64,000 nt of DNA, taken from Phoronis australis (taxonomy: Eukaryota > Animalia > Phoronida). The stretch lies in NCBI GenBank assembly GCA_002633005.1, contig NMRA01000645.1, positions 165,516-229,515 of the forward strand. The letters run 5' to 3'. The notes under the pieces were generated by a model. The model saw only the letters and a program-made list of their open reading frames with translations, searched no databases and was not told the DNA's origin. Below, in pieces: positions 25,615 to 39,387 of this stretch. Position 1 is the first letter of the stretch, and each line of letters begins with the position of its first letter. Both the position numbers and the translations under genes were made by a program.

Positions 25615-28600
25615 TCTACATTTCGTGAAACAATAGTATCCTTGGGAGGATCTGGATCGCCTTATTTAGTTTCAGATTTATTTCCTACGTTTTTTATGGC
25701 AGTGAAATTCTAGTTACAACAGCTTAGTCATCTTGATAACTTTCCAGTCTTTCTCAGTCATCAGGGGAGACTTCTCTGACGGTGAATTTGACTTCTGCCC
25801 AGCCGTCATGACCCAGAATTCAGGATCGTTTCAGCTGAATACTGTTGGCATATGCTGTAGAGTTCTATACGCTAACTTATATCTACCTTCTAGTGCCTGA
25901 CCTTATGATGCAGCCTTTTTCTAGCTATGTTACTTCAGACACAAAGTAATGACAAGCCTGTCAGTTGCAACTTCCTGAGGACAAAAATGTTTTGTTCCAA
26001 GCTGAGAAATAACTTCTGAACTTACAGCGTAAGATTTGAATCCAGGTTTATAGCACTTCCTTGTTGACTAAAGAATTGGCAAAGGCGGGTGCATGGCACG
26101 ATTCACACAGACTGCTTGTTGGACATAAACTGATAATCATGTTTTTCAAACCAATGATGTTTTGTAGTGTCGGTTGAGAATCATAGATGTGAACAAATTG
26201 TAATTGACTCTTTATTCTCAATTTCTTGTGGAAGAAAGTCATGAAATTTTCTCTGGAAATCTTGTTAAAGCTATGGAAAGTCGCAGAATTTTGTCGCCAA
26301 ATGTCTATACAAATTATGTTGTAGCTCTATACAGGACTGGCAGATTAACAGGGCCATTTGGGTACGCAAATTCCTCAACTATTTAGTCCATAATATGGCA
26401 ACAAGTGAATTTTTTTCGTAAAATTTCTCGACAAATTAAAATTACAAAAATTTAGTTCATTATAACCTTGGTTTCAACTGTGTAGGCATAAAAATCAATG
26501 TTTGGTAAAGTTTACAATATCTGCAGTACGGTGATCACTCTTTGAAAATTTGAAAATGACAATTTTTGTGAATATTTTTATGCTAAATAATTGAAGTATT
26601 ACCGGAGTATAAGTTTTTCTTTCCAATCTTTTTGTAAGATTAAAGATGGCTAAAGTATTAGTTGGGTCAAGTCAAGTTTGAATCGGAATGTTTATTTAGC
26701 AAGGTACGGGCTAACAGTAGAATGCATTTCCAAAAGATTTGACCAGTTGTACAGTGAACTGTAGGATTAGTTGCCCCAGGATTAGTCCCATGGTGTTTGA
26801 GTGTTCTAGAAGTGTCGGTATCTCGCTCCGTTTTTGTCTGGAATAGGATTCTGTGCACAAGTTTTGAACCTTTGTGTTTGCAATATGTCACTTCTGTACA
26901 GTCACGAGAATCGCTAATTGTTTTTCCGTGTTTTGCCTTTGGTGGCTTTGTATCCATTTTTCGTAAATTGTTTTTGATCATAATTTGAATAAAATAAAAT
27001 TTCACTTGTCAGTCATGTATTGCATCCGAGACTGAAGACTTTTTGCTATATTTAGATATCAATATGTGTTCAGTACACGAAAGTCCTTTCACCCCACCCC
27101 CTCCTAGCCTGGCCCTAGATGTCTTGTGAGGATTCATACTCAGTTATCAAACTTTGTCTGTATTGATCAGTTGGCAGTCTGGGGGCTAATCAAACCGCAG
27201 TGTTATGAAAACGCATATTAATGATATCTGCTGGTTTTGAGAGTTTGGCTTGTTTGTACTGCTAGTAGACATTAGTAAAGTAATGGCCTGTGGCCTTGTG
27301 CTGTTGTTTTGTAAATTGCGTTAGCCTGTGTGATTGCATGAGTCTGAGGGGGATTAAAAACACCGTGAGTCATCGTGCAATTCTAAGTCTGTTCAGCAGC
27401 TAAAAATTACTGCGTTGTTGTTGCGCATGTATCAGTTGAGCACAAATTAATGATTCCGAATTTTGCGTAACACTTTCGATCATTAGATACGTACCACGCG
27501 AGTGAGTTTTCTGTCAAGTACTGACGCTCGTGAACATTGCAGCGACTGACCTGGACTTACTTGCAGTTCTGCTGTTCCATATGGACACTAAAAAGGGATT
27601 TTAACTTGCCCAGGTTCTGGAGATTTAGGATGTGCTGGTTTTGTTTAGCATGTCTAATCAATCTTGTGTTTTGGTAATTTAATGCAACTGAATTCCTTGG
27701 TAACTGGTAGTGACTTGTACAAAGACTACGTTTTTGAGTGTTCTTTTGATTGGATTTGAGAATCTATTCAGTTTGCCAAAAAACGTTGGAGCTCTGTACT
27801 AGTTCTATGCAGACTGGTGAAGTCCATTTGGATTGATATTGTAACTACTGTAATACTGGTTTTGTTGTTGTGGAGCCAGGCCACCAGCTGACTTTGTGAC
27901 ATAGGGTAAAGTTCAAGGGACCAGGATAAGAATGAGTTGATGCTCCAGGAGTACAGGATTGTGGATTTTGCAGAATTTAACAAACTTGTGCTGAAGAAAA
28001 TCTCTACTGTGTTCAAGGATTATGATACAATGAATATGGGGCTTATAAAAGTCCCCTATGTCGACTGTTTTATTTTTTGTGAAGTCAAAGAGGGTCATTT
28101 TGAAGCAGTGAAGATTTGGGATTTTCTGCCTGTGTTGTTCTGTTGAGACAGGATGTCCTGGTGAGAGACATGTTTGGGATGCTGCATTATTTGTTCAAAA
28201 ACATGTTATTCTACAATGAGAATATGTTGATCTGGCAAGTAAACAAGTGCAGTGTCCAGTGAACATGGACGAGCAACTGAGTGGTGAGCAGATGGCCTGC
28301 TCTTGTGGAGACTGTTCACAGTGTTTGTGGATGGAGTGGACTGAGTCAAGCATGGTTGGTACTGATAGCTGATAGGTGTCATGTAGGGTAACTAGGTCAA
28401 AACTCAAGCCACTGGTAGTCTGATGTCAAAATGACCATCTTTTGATAATGATATCATGAAAATTCAGATATATGGTTATTGTTCGTGCAAGTTGCAATAA
28501 CTCAATAAGCATTGATGATGGTAACAGAAGACCATATATAATGGTTATTCTTCAGTAGTCCACAACTGGTCAGTGGAAGTGAGACACGATTGTCATGTTG

Positions 28601-30886
28601 TTGCATAACCTTGCACAAAATCTATAGCCTGGAATGTGAATACTTAAAATGAAGTCTTACAAACCTTGAGAAGATTCCCACCCAGTGGTAACAGATTAAC
28701 ATCATGAAAAAACAGACGTGGGACAAAAGCCAACCTTGCTTTGTATCTCACGCAATATACCGTATGGTACGTTCATCTTCTTTCAACTAAACAGTCAGTG
28801 CACATTTATCCTGATAAGAAACAACTGCTTCACTGTCTCTGGATATGTTAAGTAGATTATATTATGTTGGTGAGTCCTACGTTTTGAGTCAATCAAACGA
28901 AATCTCCGAATAATCGATTTATATTCTACTCAAGTTGCTTTATGATTTTAATACTCTGGTAACAAGGCGAGTTTTTAAAAACTTCTAGTCTCTTTACTGA
29001 AATGTTTTTCCATGCTCGGGAAACCGCCCACCCCCCCCCCACCCCCTGTGTTAGGTTTTCCCAATTTAAGCACCCAGGGTGTTAACCTATGAGATTACAT
29101 TATGTTGTTAAAGTTAAAATCATTGTTAAAGTTGATGATAAGATTGCTTCGCCAGAAATTCTTTTTTTCGAAAAAGTGTGACTCGTGACTGGTTATGAAC
29201 CAGGCTTGTATGTAAATGTCTTAAGGGCATACTGAAATATGCACCATGGAAGTATGGTCATCATTGCTATTGATCATAACGATAATCATAATTAGTAAGA
29301 TAGCAATGATCAGTATCATTAACATCGTCCTTATAGCAATAATAATTATCAATGCCTAGTCATTTTCATAGTTAAGACCATGGGACATGTATGAGCTGAC
29401 ATGAAACATTTTCACTAGTTAATCACACGTTCAGGCAACACAATGGCAATTTGTCCAATATCCTCATCCTTGAAGGATGTTGATGTGAGGACCTTTTCAC
29501 TTTGATGTCAGTCCTACTGAGACTTTTGTCTCTGGCCTGCTGAGACAAAATGTCTGAATCTGATGTGGGTTTTATTGATTCCTTGATGACGACTTCTCCA
29601 CAGTGCCTAGGCTAGACTTGTTAGATTACTGGCAAACATAACGGTGCATTTTGTTAACCTGCTGATTAGATGAGACTGTGAGTATTTTTTTACGTTTGAA
29701 ATTTCACCAATTTAGGACACAATGCGACAGAAAGGTGAAATTCTATTTCTTCATTTTTCAGTAAAGATCTGTATCACCAAGCTAATGCTTTTTCATGTTC
29801 CTAGTTGTCACTAGATATTTTGAAAAGTTCTAGGCACTTGCAATGGTGTTAGGAGCCCATGAAAAATGAAAAAGGTCAGTTTTGGTTAATAATTATTACC
29901 ATTTTTTCTTTTAGCATCTTGTGCACATTTTATAGCCAAGAGTTTGGAAACATGATCATTATTACTACTTTTAATGTCAATCAGCTTCCTGCTAGCTCTT
30001 TTGCACAGAATCATACCACAGAGAGTTTTCTGCCTATATTATGGGATGGGGAGATATTGTCACACAGTCAGAATCCAGACTGATGCATTACTTGCCAGGC
30101 AATCGCCCCACCTCTCTGTCATTGCAAATCTGAAACACCCACCTAAGACATTACTGGAAAGTCAAATTACCCAAACAAGACAAAACCTTACAGGGTATTA
30201 AGTATCCACCTGAGGTGGCAGCTCTTAAAGCAATCTTTATGATAGACAGCCAGATGCCCTCCCCAGGACTATTCCTCAGGTGGACATTTGTGCATGTCAG
30301 AGCCAAAAAAAACGCAAAATGTCTGCTCGATAAGTGAGGTTAACTCTTACTCATATTTTACTTTTTTGTTTGTATTTTCGAGCGTTTTTCCACTTATGTC
30401 GAGCCCTGGTCATCAAGAATTTGTAGTGTTAAATTAGACCTGCAGTTTGACACTTCGCGATTGTGATACATGAGGTCTCAAAATACTGCTCTGATTACAT
30501 GCTGAGTGGTCATTATATCTATTTACTTCCACCTGAGTACCCAACCAACTACTGGTAGCTGTTTGACTGAACATCAAGAATGGTCAGGTGTCAAATGAAT
30601 TCTAATTTAAATTGTTTTCGTGATCAAAGCATTTAGATTTAAAAGCAGAAATTCAATTAGGAACACTCAGAATATTTGATGTATTTTGCTGACTGTATGA
30701 AGTCATTTAATTGTCTATGATTTTCCATTGGGTGCTTCAAGTTCAAGTTTCTGAGAGCATGCTTCTTCCTTTGATGTCTTGTCTTTTGAAAGTCTTGAGA
30801 AATAACCAAATCGATTAGTCTTGTTTTTTTGATGTGTGTTGCTTTGACGTGTCACTCAAAGGGAGCGTTTCTTGCGTTTCTTCCAG

Positions 30887-31147
30887 GTGGCGAGGAAGAA
30901 TGATAGAGAGGAAATCCGGCGGAAGTTGGCGGCCGGATTTGATGAGGAGTATTACGGTGGCGAGCGTGCTATGAAAAAACCCAATCTACAAACCAGGCTT
31001 CAGGGGGGCACGAACCTTCAGATCTGTTTCATGAATGAGACGTCTAGTGACGGGGATTCGTCTGATGCCGATGGATTGTCCAGATCTCCGCGACTAGGCG
31101 TCCCGTCGTTGCCCCCGCGCGCCAACCCATTCCAGAAGGAATCTCCC
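30887..31147 (+). CDS. SCHIP1: SCHIP1 domain exon: VARKNDREEIRRKLA...KPNLQTRLQGGTNLQICFMNE
   Basis: Acceptor ttccag, donor ccc|gtaaga, with a second in-frame donor at 31180. Matches SCHIP1 KNERESIRQKLA...RLQSGMNLQICFVND. Confidence 0.93.
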
Positions 31148-31389
31148 GTAAGAACAGATACTCTGTCGGATTCTATGGGGGTAGGTATAAATTTGTACAG
31201 TTAAAGGCAGTGATGAGTTGGTTTTGCTAAAGCAGTTATAAACTCTCCTTCGACCAATTTAGGATGCTTACAGAGAAAAAATAGCCTTTTTTCGTTACTC
31301 AGATGTTTCCAAGGCTCAGGTTTAACTAACAGTTTGTTATTGCTGAAGATGAGCTCAGTGTTCTGTATGTAGACAGAGCTTGGAATTTT

Positions 31390-33966
31390 CCTCTTTTAAG
31401 AGGATTTCCTTGGGATGTTTTTGGTTTCAATTTCCTCTAATCTGATTTCTAGTTTTCTCTTTTTTCATCTCTTTTTATCATTTTTTGACTTTATTCATGC
31501 AAAAAGTACGACACAGAAATATTTCTGTTACACGGACCTATTTATTTGTGTTAATTTTTCCTCTTTTTCTCTCATTGGTCATTCCAAGTCCTATCTAGAG
31601 TGAGTTTGTTGTGAGAAAAGTGTGTTTACAGTATATCACCATGCCAGGCAAACTATGGGATCCTTCGAGCTTCACTCGCAGTCTTTCATCTACGAAACAT
31701 ACCCGGGGCTCAATGATTTGGCGTGTCACTGTGGGACACTTCGTGTGTCAATCGTGGTCTCAAACACTTAACAAGTGCCTGGTCATCCCTGGTAGAAATT
31801 TTTTCTCACTTGAATTTGGAAAAATTGGATGATTATATTATAATGGTGTAAGTTGTTAAAATCATAAGTTAGTCTCCTTGGCAGTCGAAGATGAGTTTGT
31901 AGTGACTTATTTTGTTATTAAAATCAGTTTAATCATCCGTGGTTATTCTTGAAATACTTTTTCTGAACTTCTGAAATTCAACACCAAAGAGTATGTATTA
32001 TAATTATTATTCTTCAAAGCAGTTGCAATTTATGTAATGATATGCTTATTTTTTTTTCTAAAATATTGGTTGTTGGATTCAAAACAACCAGAAGCATTTG
32101 AGTTTTGGTTCCGAAAATAGTTTCCAGAATGTAGCCGTACTGTTCGGTTTTTTTTTTTTTGGTTTGGTCTTTGTCATCATCTCCTTTTCAATTCCTGCGA
32201 GGACCATTTTGTGTCATTAAAAATTATTGCGTTTTTGTTGTGAGTTCAACCCCTTACCAATAGTAATCAATGCTGCCCCCTAGTTGTTGATACCTGTGTT
32301 TCAGTGGGTGTGCAGTCCTATGCTAGGACTAAGATATATGTTAGTTTCATCATTCCCTTGCCTATTTTGGTTCTTGTCTTGCTCTCCTCTACTGTCTTCG
32401 TCAGATTAGTTTTTCTGTGTTTTTGTTCAGCACCTGGAAAACAGAGTTTAATGGGCTGGTCCTGTCCGTTCAATGGAATAAAGGTTTTTCCTTGTCTCAT
32501 TTAACTTGGGTAATAGAAGAGAGTGCCTGGAAAACAGAGTTAAAGGGCCTGGTCTTGCCCATTCAGTTGAATAAAGGTTTTCATCACCAAATTACCTTCA
32601 GTAATATAGGAAACTTGAGCTTTCCCACAAGCATCAATACCCTATGTAACCAATGTGGGAAGTCATTGCTCAGTGATGTNCCTCTTTTAAGAGGATTTCC
32701 GTGGGGTGTTTTTGGTTTCAATTTCCTCTAATCTGATTTCCAGTTTTCTCTTTTTTTCATTTTTTTTAATCATTTTTTGACTTTATTCATGCAAAAAGTA
32801 CGTCACAGAAATATTTCTGTTACACGAACCTATTTATTTGTGTTAATTTTTCCTCTTTTTCTCTCATTGGTCGTTCCAAGTCCTATCTAGAGTGAGTTTG
32901 TTGTGAGAAAAGTGTTTTTACAGTACATCACCATGCCAGGCAAACTATGGGATCCTTCTACCTTCACTCGCAGTCTTTCATCTACGAAACATACCCGGGG
33001 CTCAATGATTTGGCGTGTCACTGTGGGACACTTCGTGTGTCAATCGTGGTCTCAAACACTTAACAAGTGCCTGGTCATCCCTGGTAGAAATTTTTTCTCA
33101 CTTGAATTTGGAGCAATTGGATGATTATATTATAATGGTGTAAGTTGTTGAAATCATAAGTTAGTTTCCTTGGCAGACGAAGATGAGTTTGTAGTGACTT
33201 ATTTTGTTATTAAAATCAGTTTAATCATCCGTGGTTATTCTTGAAATAGTTTTTCTGAACTTCTGAAATTCATCACCAAATAGTATTTATTATAATTATT
33301 ATTCTTCAAAGCAGTTGCAATTTATGTAATGATATGCTTATTTGTTTTTCTAAAATATTGGTTGTTGGATTCAAAACAACCAGAAGCATTCGAGTTTTGG
33401 TGCCGAAAATAGTTTCCAGAATGTAGCCGTACTGTTCGGTTTTTTTTGGTTTGGTCTTTGTCATCATCTCCTTTCCAATTCCTGCGAGGACCATTTTGTG
33501 TCATTAAAAATTATAGCGTTTTTGTTGTGAGTTCAACCCCTTACCAATAGTAATCAGTGCTGCCCCCTAGTTGTTGATACCTGTGTTTCAGTGGGTGTGC
33601 AGTCCTACGCTAGGACTAAGATATATGTTAGTTTCATCATTCCCTTGCCTATTTTGGTTCTTGTCTTGCTCTCCTCTACTGTCTTCGTCAGATTAGTTTT
33701 TCTGTGTTTTTGTTCAGCACCTGGAAAACAGAGTTTAATGGGCTGGTCCTGTCCATTCAATGGAATAAAGGTTTTTCCTTGTCTCATTTAACTTGGGTAA
33801 TAGAAGAGAGTGCCTGGAAAACAGAGTTAAAGGGCCTGGTCTTGCCCATTCAGTTGAATAAAGGTTTTCATCACCAAATTACCTTCAGTAATATAGGAAA
33901 CTTGAGCTTTCCCACAAGCATCAATACCCTATGTAACCAATGTGGGAAGTCATTGCTCAGTGATGT
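31390..33966. repeat. 1.29-kb tandem duplication joined by a single n at 32680 (probable haplotype artefact)
   Basis: 31390-32679 and 32681-33966 are near-identical. Confidence 0.9.
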
Positions 33967-35693
33967 CAGGGTCAATGAAGTAATCTCAAAGTGACACTTG
34001 GAAAACGTTTTACATAAAAAATTTCATATATTTAAATTATGAAGAATCGTTTATATTGTTGGATAATGAATGGAGTAAATGCCTATACTAGTTGACTGTT
34101 CATTGACAATGACACATGTCAGTAATTTCATTATCACCGAAGTTAACCTTTCACTCAATATTGAAGTGTTGATGCTCGCTGCTAAATTTACATGTTTTCT
34201 TTAAAGGCAATTTTGATTTGGTTTCAATAGGTGAAGTTAACATTTCATATCAGTCAGCACGCCCACAACACTGACACATCTATTGCACTGTGAAAGATTT
34301 TGATTCTTGAGTTCATAAAAAATGTTTTGAAAACAGGAATTTTTTTCTAAGTCCCAATTTATTGGCTAGAAGTTAATGTGTTTTGATCTTGTCTTCGGTT
34401 GCTGAAGTTGGGTTTAAAGCCTACATTGAAAATTGTCCTTCAACTTGAAATTCAGACGTATTACAAAGTGTTGTCTTCTCTGCAAAAGTTTTAGTATGAG
34501 TGTTGTGATAGACAAAGGCCTATTTTTTAAAATAATTTACAAGACACCTTGCATCAGTGGAATGATCTCTATGTCATCTAAGCTGAACAGTTAGCCAGCA
34601 TGTTCAGTAACTACAATGGCAAGATAATTAATGCAATGCAGATGATTAGACACCTCTTATCTAGTTGACCTGCTCAGGCAGTTCATGGATGACAGAAGTA
34701 GTGTGCATGTATATAGTGGTTATCAGTTGCTACCATTGTTGTGGTAGTTCCCCTAATTGCTGATATGTTATGGTAATCTGGGACATCACTTTAAATTTCT
34801 ATAGTGTATTAACAGAACATCTGTATTCTCTCACTATGTTATCACTTACGAACCAGACATTTGCAGCGAAATTAAAGTTTATAGCCCCATCCTGCCATTA
34901 TTATATTTTCAGAAAATAAGTGATTAAGTCACAATACTGACTAAAATTTTTCTTGGTGAGTTAGACAAATCGAGTGTTATTGAAGGCATGGGTTCTCTTT
35001 GCATTTTGATTGTGAGATGCCTAGCATTGACTATGGTACTGGAGGAGGTTATTCATATACTTCACAGTTTGTAATACATGATCATATTGAACCCATTCTA
35101 ATTGAGATAGTCATGTGGTGTAGGAGTTCTGTTTGTTCTTTCTGAAATAAACAATTTTCTGTGTGATCATCTTTCCAGTGGAGCTGATTTTGTAGCAAGC
35201 TGCTCTTCAATACACATTCTATTTGATTTTTTCTGCTATAGTCACGAAAGTTTGCTGCTGTGCTGTGCTGTCATCAGTGTGTTCTTATAAGCAGTTCACA
35301 ATATTTTGATTTTTTTGTGTTTCACACGAAATGCTGGTCCATGAAGGGCTATTTGTGTATGGCAATTTAAACTAGAAACCACATCTTGCAGGTTCCTAGA
35401 TTGAAAAATCGTTTTGTTAAGTTCTGCATTTAAAGCAAATAAGAAGTTAAACGTCCATCATTGCTACCATGGACTGTCTAGTGCCTCGTGTTGCTGCGTA
35501 GGTGTGTGCTGGAGAGATGTTGCATTGAAATACATGGTGCCATCTTAACCTTTTTTAACAATGTATTTTACTGAACTACTACCAGTTTTGGCAAGTATTT
35601 TCGTGAAAAATTGAAGAAAGGAGGCTGTATCGTGATATACCAAGGCGTGCTTTTGCATTTCCCTATGTTTTTATGTTCATTTTCTGTTTGAAG

Positions 35694-35843
35694 GAGGGAC
35701 ATAACACAATGACGACCCCTGCGAGTAGCGAAGAGGATACAAAGCCTCGGTCTGATACAGGAAGTAGTGGCACTACAGAAGACGAAGATTTCTTCGCCCG
35801 CCAGGCTCGTCTTCAAGCTGAGGCACGACTGGCTCTAGCTCAG
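35694..35843 (+). CDS. SCHIP1: SCHIP1 exon: ...EDEDFFARQARLQAEARLALAQ
   Basis: Acceptor ctgtttgaag, donor cag|gtaggc, phase 0/0. Matches DFLTRQKKLQAEAKMALAM. Confidence 0.92.
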
Positions 35844-36250
35844 GTAGGCACGTGACTTGGGCGCTGTTGAGGTTTCCATGGTTGTTGCTTAAAAGCGGAC
35901 GATTGTAAACTTGTGAACAGTGTTCGGTTTAATTACTAATGGATGTTTCACCATGCATCTATGCTTGATGTACTTAAGTGTCTTGCTTTTATGAACATCA
36001 ACTTCAGTTATCAAAAATTTTTACATTTTGGCATATGAAAGTGAGGAATTTTCATCACTATAGAAAATGGAAATGAATTTAACAAATATGTGTCATTGGT
36101 TCAAATGTGTTTTCATACATATGAAGCTGAGCAGTTTGCTAGATTGTGTCCTTTGTCAGTCTCAAAATCTAGTGAGCATCCAGTTTTAGAATAGGAACAG
36201 CCTTTGATGGTCCTCACCCCTAAATTTCCGTTTTGCCATTTCTATTGCAG

Positions 36251-36431
36251 GCCCGACCCATGGCAAAAATGCAACTTGAAATAGAAAAGCAGCAAAAGAA
36301 AAAGTCATCGGTCGCTGAGCAAGTGATATTTGCCGACGGGAAGAGAAAAAAGTTGAGCAGGGCTGAGCTCAATGTTATGAATTTAGCTCAGCTACAAGTA
36401 CTAGTCAACGATATTCACACTCAAATAGAAA
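36251..36431 (+). CDS. SCHIP1: SCHIP1 exon: ARPMAKMQLEIEKQ...LAQLQVLVNDIHTQIE
   Basis: Acceptor tattgcag, donor a|gtaagc, phase 0/1. Matches AKPMAKMQVEVEKQ...QLQVIVNDLHSQIE. Confidence 0.95.
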
Positions 36432-37313
36432 GTAAGCTCATACAGTACATGCCAAAAGTATTCAGATGAAATTACCTGAAATTACCCGTCATGGCGGCTG
36501 GGCAGAAGCCAAATTGATCATCCGAGTGACTTTCCTCCGTGACCCTGAATGAAGGGAATTAATACTAGAGTTATAAGGAAACTGAGGAATTCTGTAATTA
36601 TAATTTTACCCTTTTAGTGGATATTACCAGTTAAACTGAATTAGCCGCCACAATGGGGAAATAGTATTTTATCTGATTACTTTTGTTTGACACTGTTTGT
36701 AAGACTGTCAATTTGATAAATTTGTTTTAACACTGGCGACAACCACACAAAAACGCCTTCGTATGTAAAACAGACCACAATGTCTGCGTCTTAGCTCAAC
36801 TACCGAGTTATAATAAAAGAGCTCGCTCATGAAGATAATCTGGTTATGNAGCTCAGCTACAAGTACTAGTCAACGATATTCACACTCAAATAGAAAGTAA
36901 GCTCATACAGTACATGCCAAAAGTATTCAGATGAAATTACCTGAAATTACCCGTCATGGCGGCTGGGCAGAAGCCAAATTGATCATCCGAGTGACTTTCT
37001 TCCGTGACCCTGAATGAAGGGAATTAATACTAGAGTTATAAAGAAACTGAGGAATTCTGTAATTATAATTTTACCCTTTTAGTGGATATTACCAGTTAAA
37101 CTGAATTAGCCACCACAATGGGGAAATAGTATTTTATCTGATTACTTTTGTTTGACACTGTGTGTAAGACTGTCAATTTGATAAATTTGTTTTAACACTG
37201 GCGACAACCACACAAAAACGCCTTCGTATGTAAAACAGACCACAATGTCTGCGTCTTAGCTCAACTACCGAGTTATAATAAAAGAGCTCGCTCATGAAGA
37301 TAATCTGGTTATG
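36385..37313. repeat. 464-bp tandem duplication joined by a single n at 36849 (probable haplotype artefact)
   Basis: 36385-36848 versus 36850-37313, about 4 substitutions by eye. Duplicates only the 3' part of a SCHIP1 exon. Confidence 0.9.
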
Positions 37314-38419
37314 ATGAAATGTGTGATTATGCTCAGACAGAAAAACGGATTTAGTTTTTGTCAAGTTAAGATGTCACCTGGGCGCATAGTAGAATTTTAT
37401 TGTTAAAACTTTATTTTTTATTAGTGTTAACAGGATATGCACAGCACAACTTTCATGAAACAGTGCTTCATAAACAAATCTGTTGTCTTATATATATACA
37501 TATATGTATACATATACATATTATATATTGTTGCCCCGGCGTATTGTTGCCTGGTTGACGATAGGTGCCAACTACCGCAATAGATGCCATCAACATCGAC
37601 GCATTGTTGCCCGGGGAACAACATGTGTCAGCGTACACAGCGGATGGCGTTGTCACACTTGTTGCCCCCAGGGCGACCATATGCATCGAGTGCTACAATG
37701 TATTTTGTCACATATGTGGCATATATTGAAAGCATATTCCTTGAATGGATTTACGTTAATGTACATGACGTAAGCCTACACAATACTGAATGTAGACCTA
37801 TGTGAAAGTATAAGCAAATTCAAATTTGGAGGAGGGACTACTGGTAGATGAGGCAGATGTGATGGGGTCACAGTGTGGATCCAGAATTAGAGTAGAGGAC
37901 TAACCGAATGTTGGTAGGATTAAAACATGTCTTAAGTATCCCGAGTCTTTCCGTTTGGAAAGTCAACACTCTCCCAAATGAGGCTGGAATCTGATGTGGT
38001 TATCATCATTACCAACCATCTCTTGGGTCTTTCCCTTGTTTAACTTACTACAACCTCATTTTGGGCTTTCTCACAATTTTAGAAGCGTCTCTCTGATTCC
38101 ACATGTGCATGTGTGCTAAAAACCGTAGTTAGCTGACTGGCTTCTTTTCAAAACAGTTGGGGGCAACAATATGTGCAAGTGTTCACTGCACATATTGTCG
38201 CACCAGTCACATGCTGATAGCTAGGCAATAATGTGTGTCAGAAGTTGGTTGCATAAATTGTCACTCAGTCAACAACATGTTTCGACTGCAACAATTTTAA
38301 AAACCAGGTCAGTTATTTGCTGCAATGTTGTAAGCCATTGAATTTATGCAAGTGGCAGTTGTAGCATGGTAATGTCTGAGGTTAACAAATCGTTAGTCAT
38401 CAAAAATGATTGGCTCGGC

Positions 38420-38763
38420 TTAAAGTGCCTATCAACCCGCGTTCCATATGAGAAATTATTTATAATTTAGACCACTTGCCACTCTCTCAACTTGTTTTTT
38501 ACTCAGGCGACAAGTAATTTTTGGCCTTTGGGGGAATTGACAGTTGGCTGTTGCTTGAGACCATGCTCGCCGAATAAAGTGACGCACTGTGACAAGTCGA
38601 CTTGTAGAGCCTCGTCTTGAGCATTTACCAACTGTCAGTTCTGTCCAAGTCCAGAAATTTCATCAGTTTGACTGAAGAAAGTTTTGAGACCAATTTCATA
38701 ACGGAAGTGGTCTAAATCAAAAGTTTGCTTTTTGTAGCGGATGGCGGGCTTATAGACATTTAA
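38420..38763. mobile_element. TTAA-flanked MITE
   Basis: Imperfect TIRs (tgcctatcaacccgc / tgtctataagcccgc), inner inverted ttagaccactt/aagtggtctaa, TTAA at both ends. Confidence 0.5.
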
Positions 38764-38982
38764 GTTCTTGGCGTGCTATCTCTCTTAATCACCTTTAATA
38801 ATGGGAGATACTGTCCTAATATATGTGCTCCCTTTTTGAGCTGTTGTGTTGTTTTGTATTGTTTTCACTTATGCGTTTTTGCTGAAAATGTTATGAAGCA
38901 ATGCTTGGTCTGTTTTTATAGTCGTTTTATTTTACATAAGTCGTAGATATCTGTGGTAACACTCCAGTGTTCTGCCTTTCAG

Positions 38983-39076
38983 CATTAAATGAGGATCTGG
39001 TGAAAATGTTAGTGTTACGTGATGATCTTCACATGGAGCAAGACTCCATGCTTGTGGATATTGAAGATTTGACAAG
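38983..39076 (+). CDS. SCHIP1: SCHIP1 coiled-coil exon: (T)[30 protein letters not shown](R)
   Basis: Acceptor cctttcag, donor ag|gtaagc, phase 1/2. Very close to the vertebrate SCHIP1 C-terminal coiled coil. Confidence 0.95.
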
Positions 39077-39387
39077 GTAAGCAACTGGTCACAATGTTTC
39101 ACTCTGCACTGTTTCGTATTTCCTTCATTTGAAATGAACTGGGTAAAGTGCTGTTATTTTTATATAGCTGACCATTTGCAGTTAGGGTGATTGCACTATT
39201 TGGTAAACAAAATACTGTTTCGTGTTCAGTCTCTGATTTTTTGTACTCATTTCTGTAATTCATGTACCTGGTTCTGATAAGCCTAAAACTCTGGAAGACT
39301 GTGATTTGCAAACAAATGCTAATTGATGTAGTCATAGTTACTTTGCTTAAACCATGGTTATGTGATTTATTGTTGAATTATTTTCAG

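Noticed and set aside
36850-36896. Apparent duplicated SCHIP1 exon (possible mutually exclusive exon)
   Set aside because: It starts mid-exon right after an n, has no acceptor, and is part of the 464-bp haplotype duplication.
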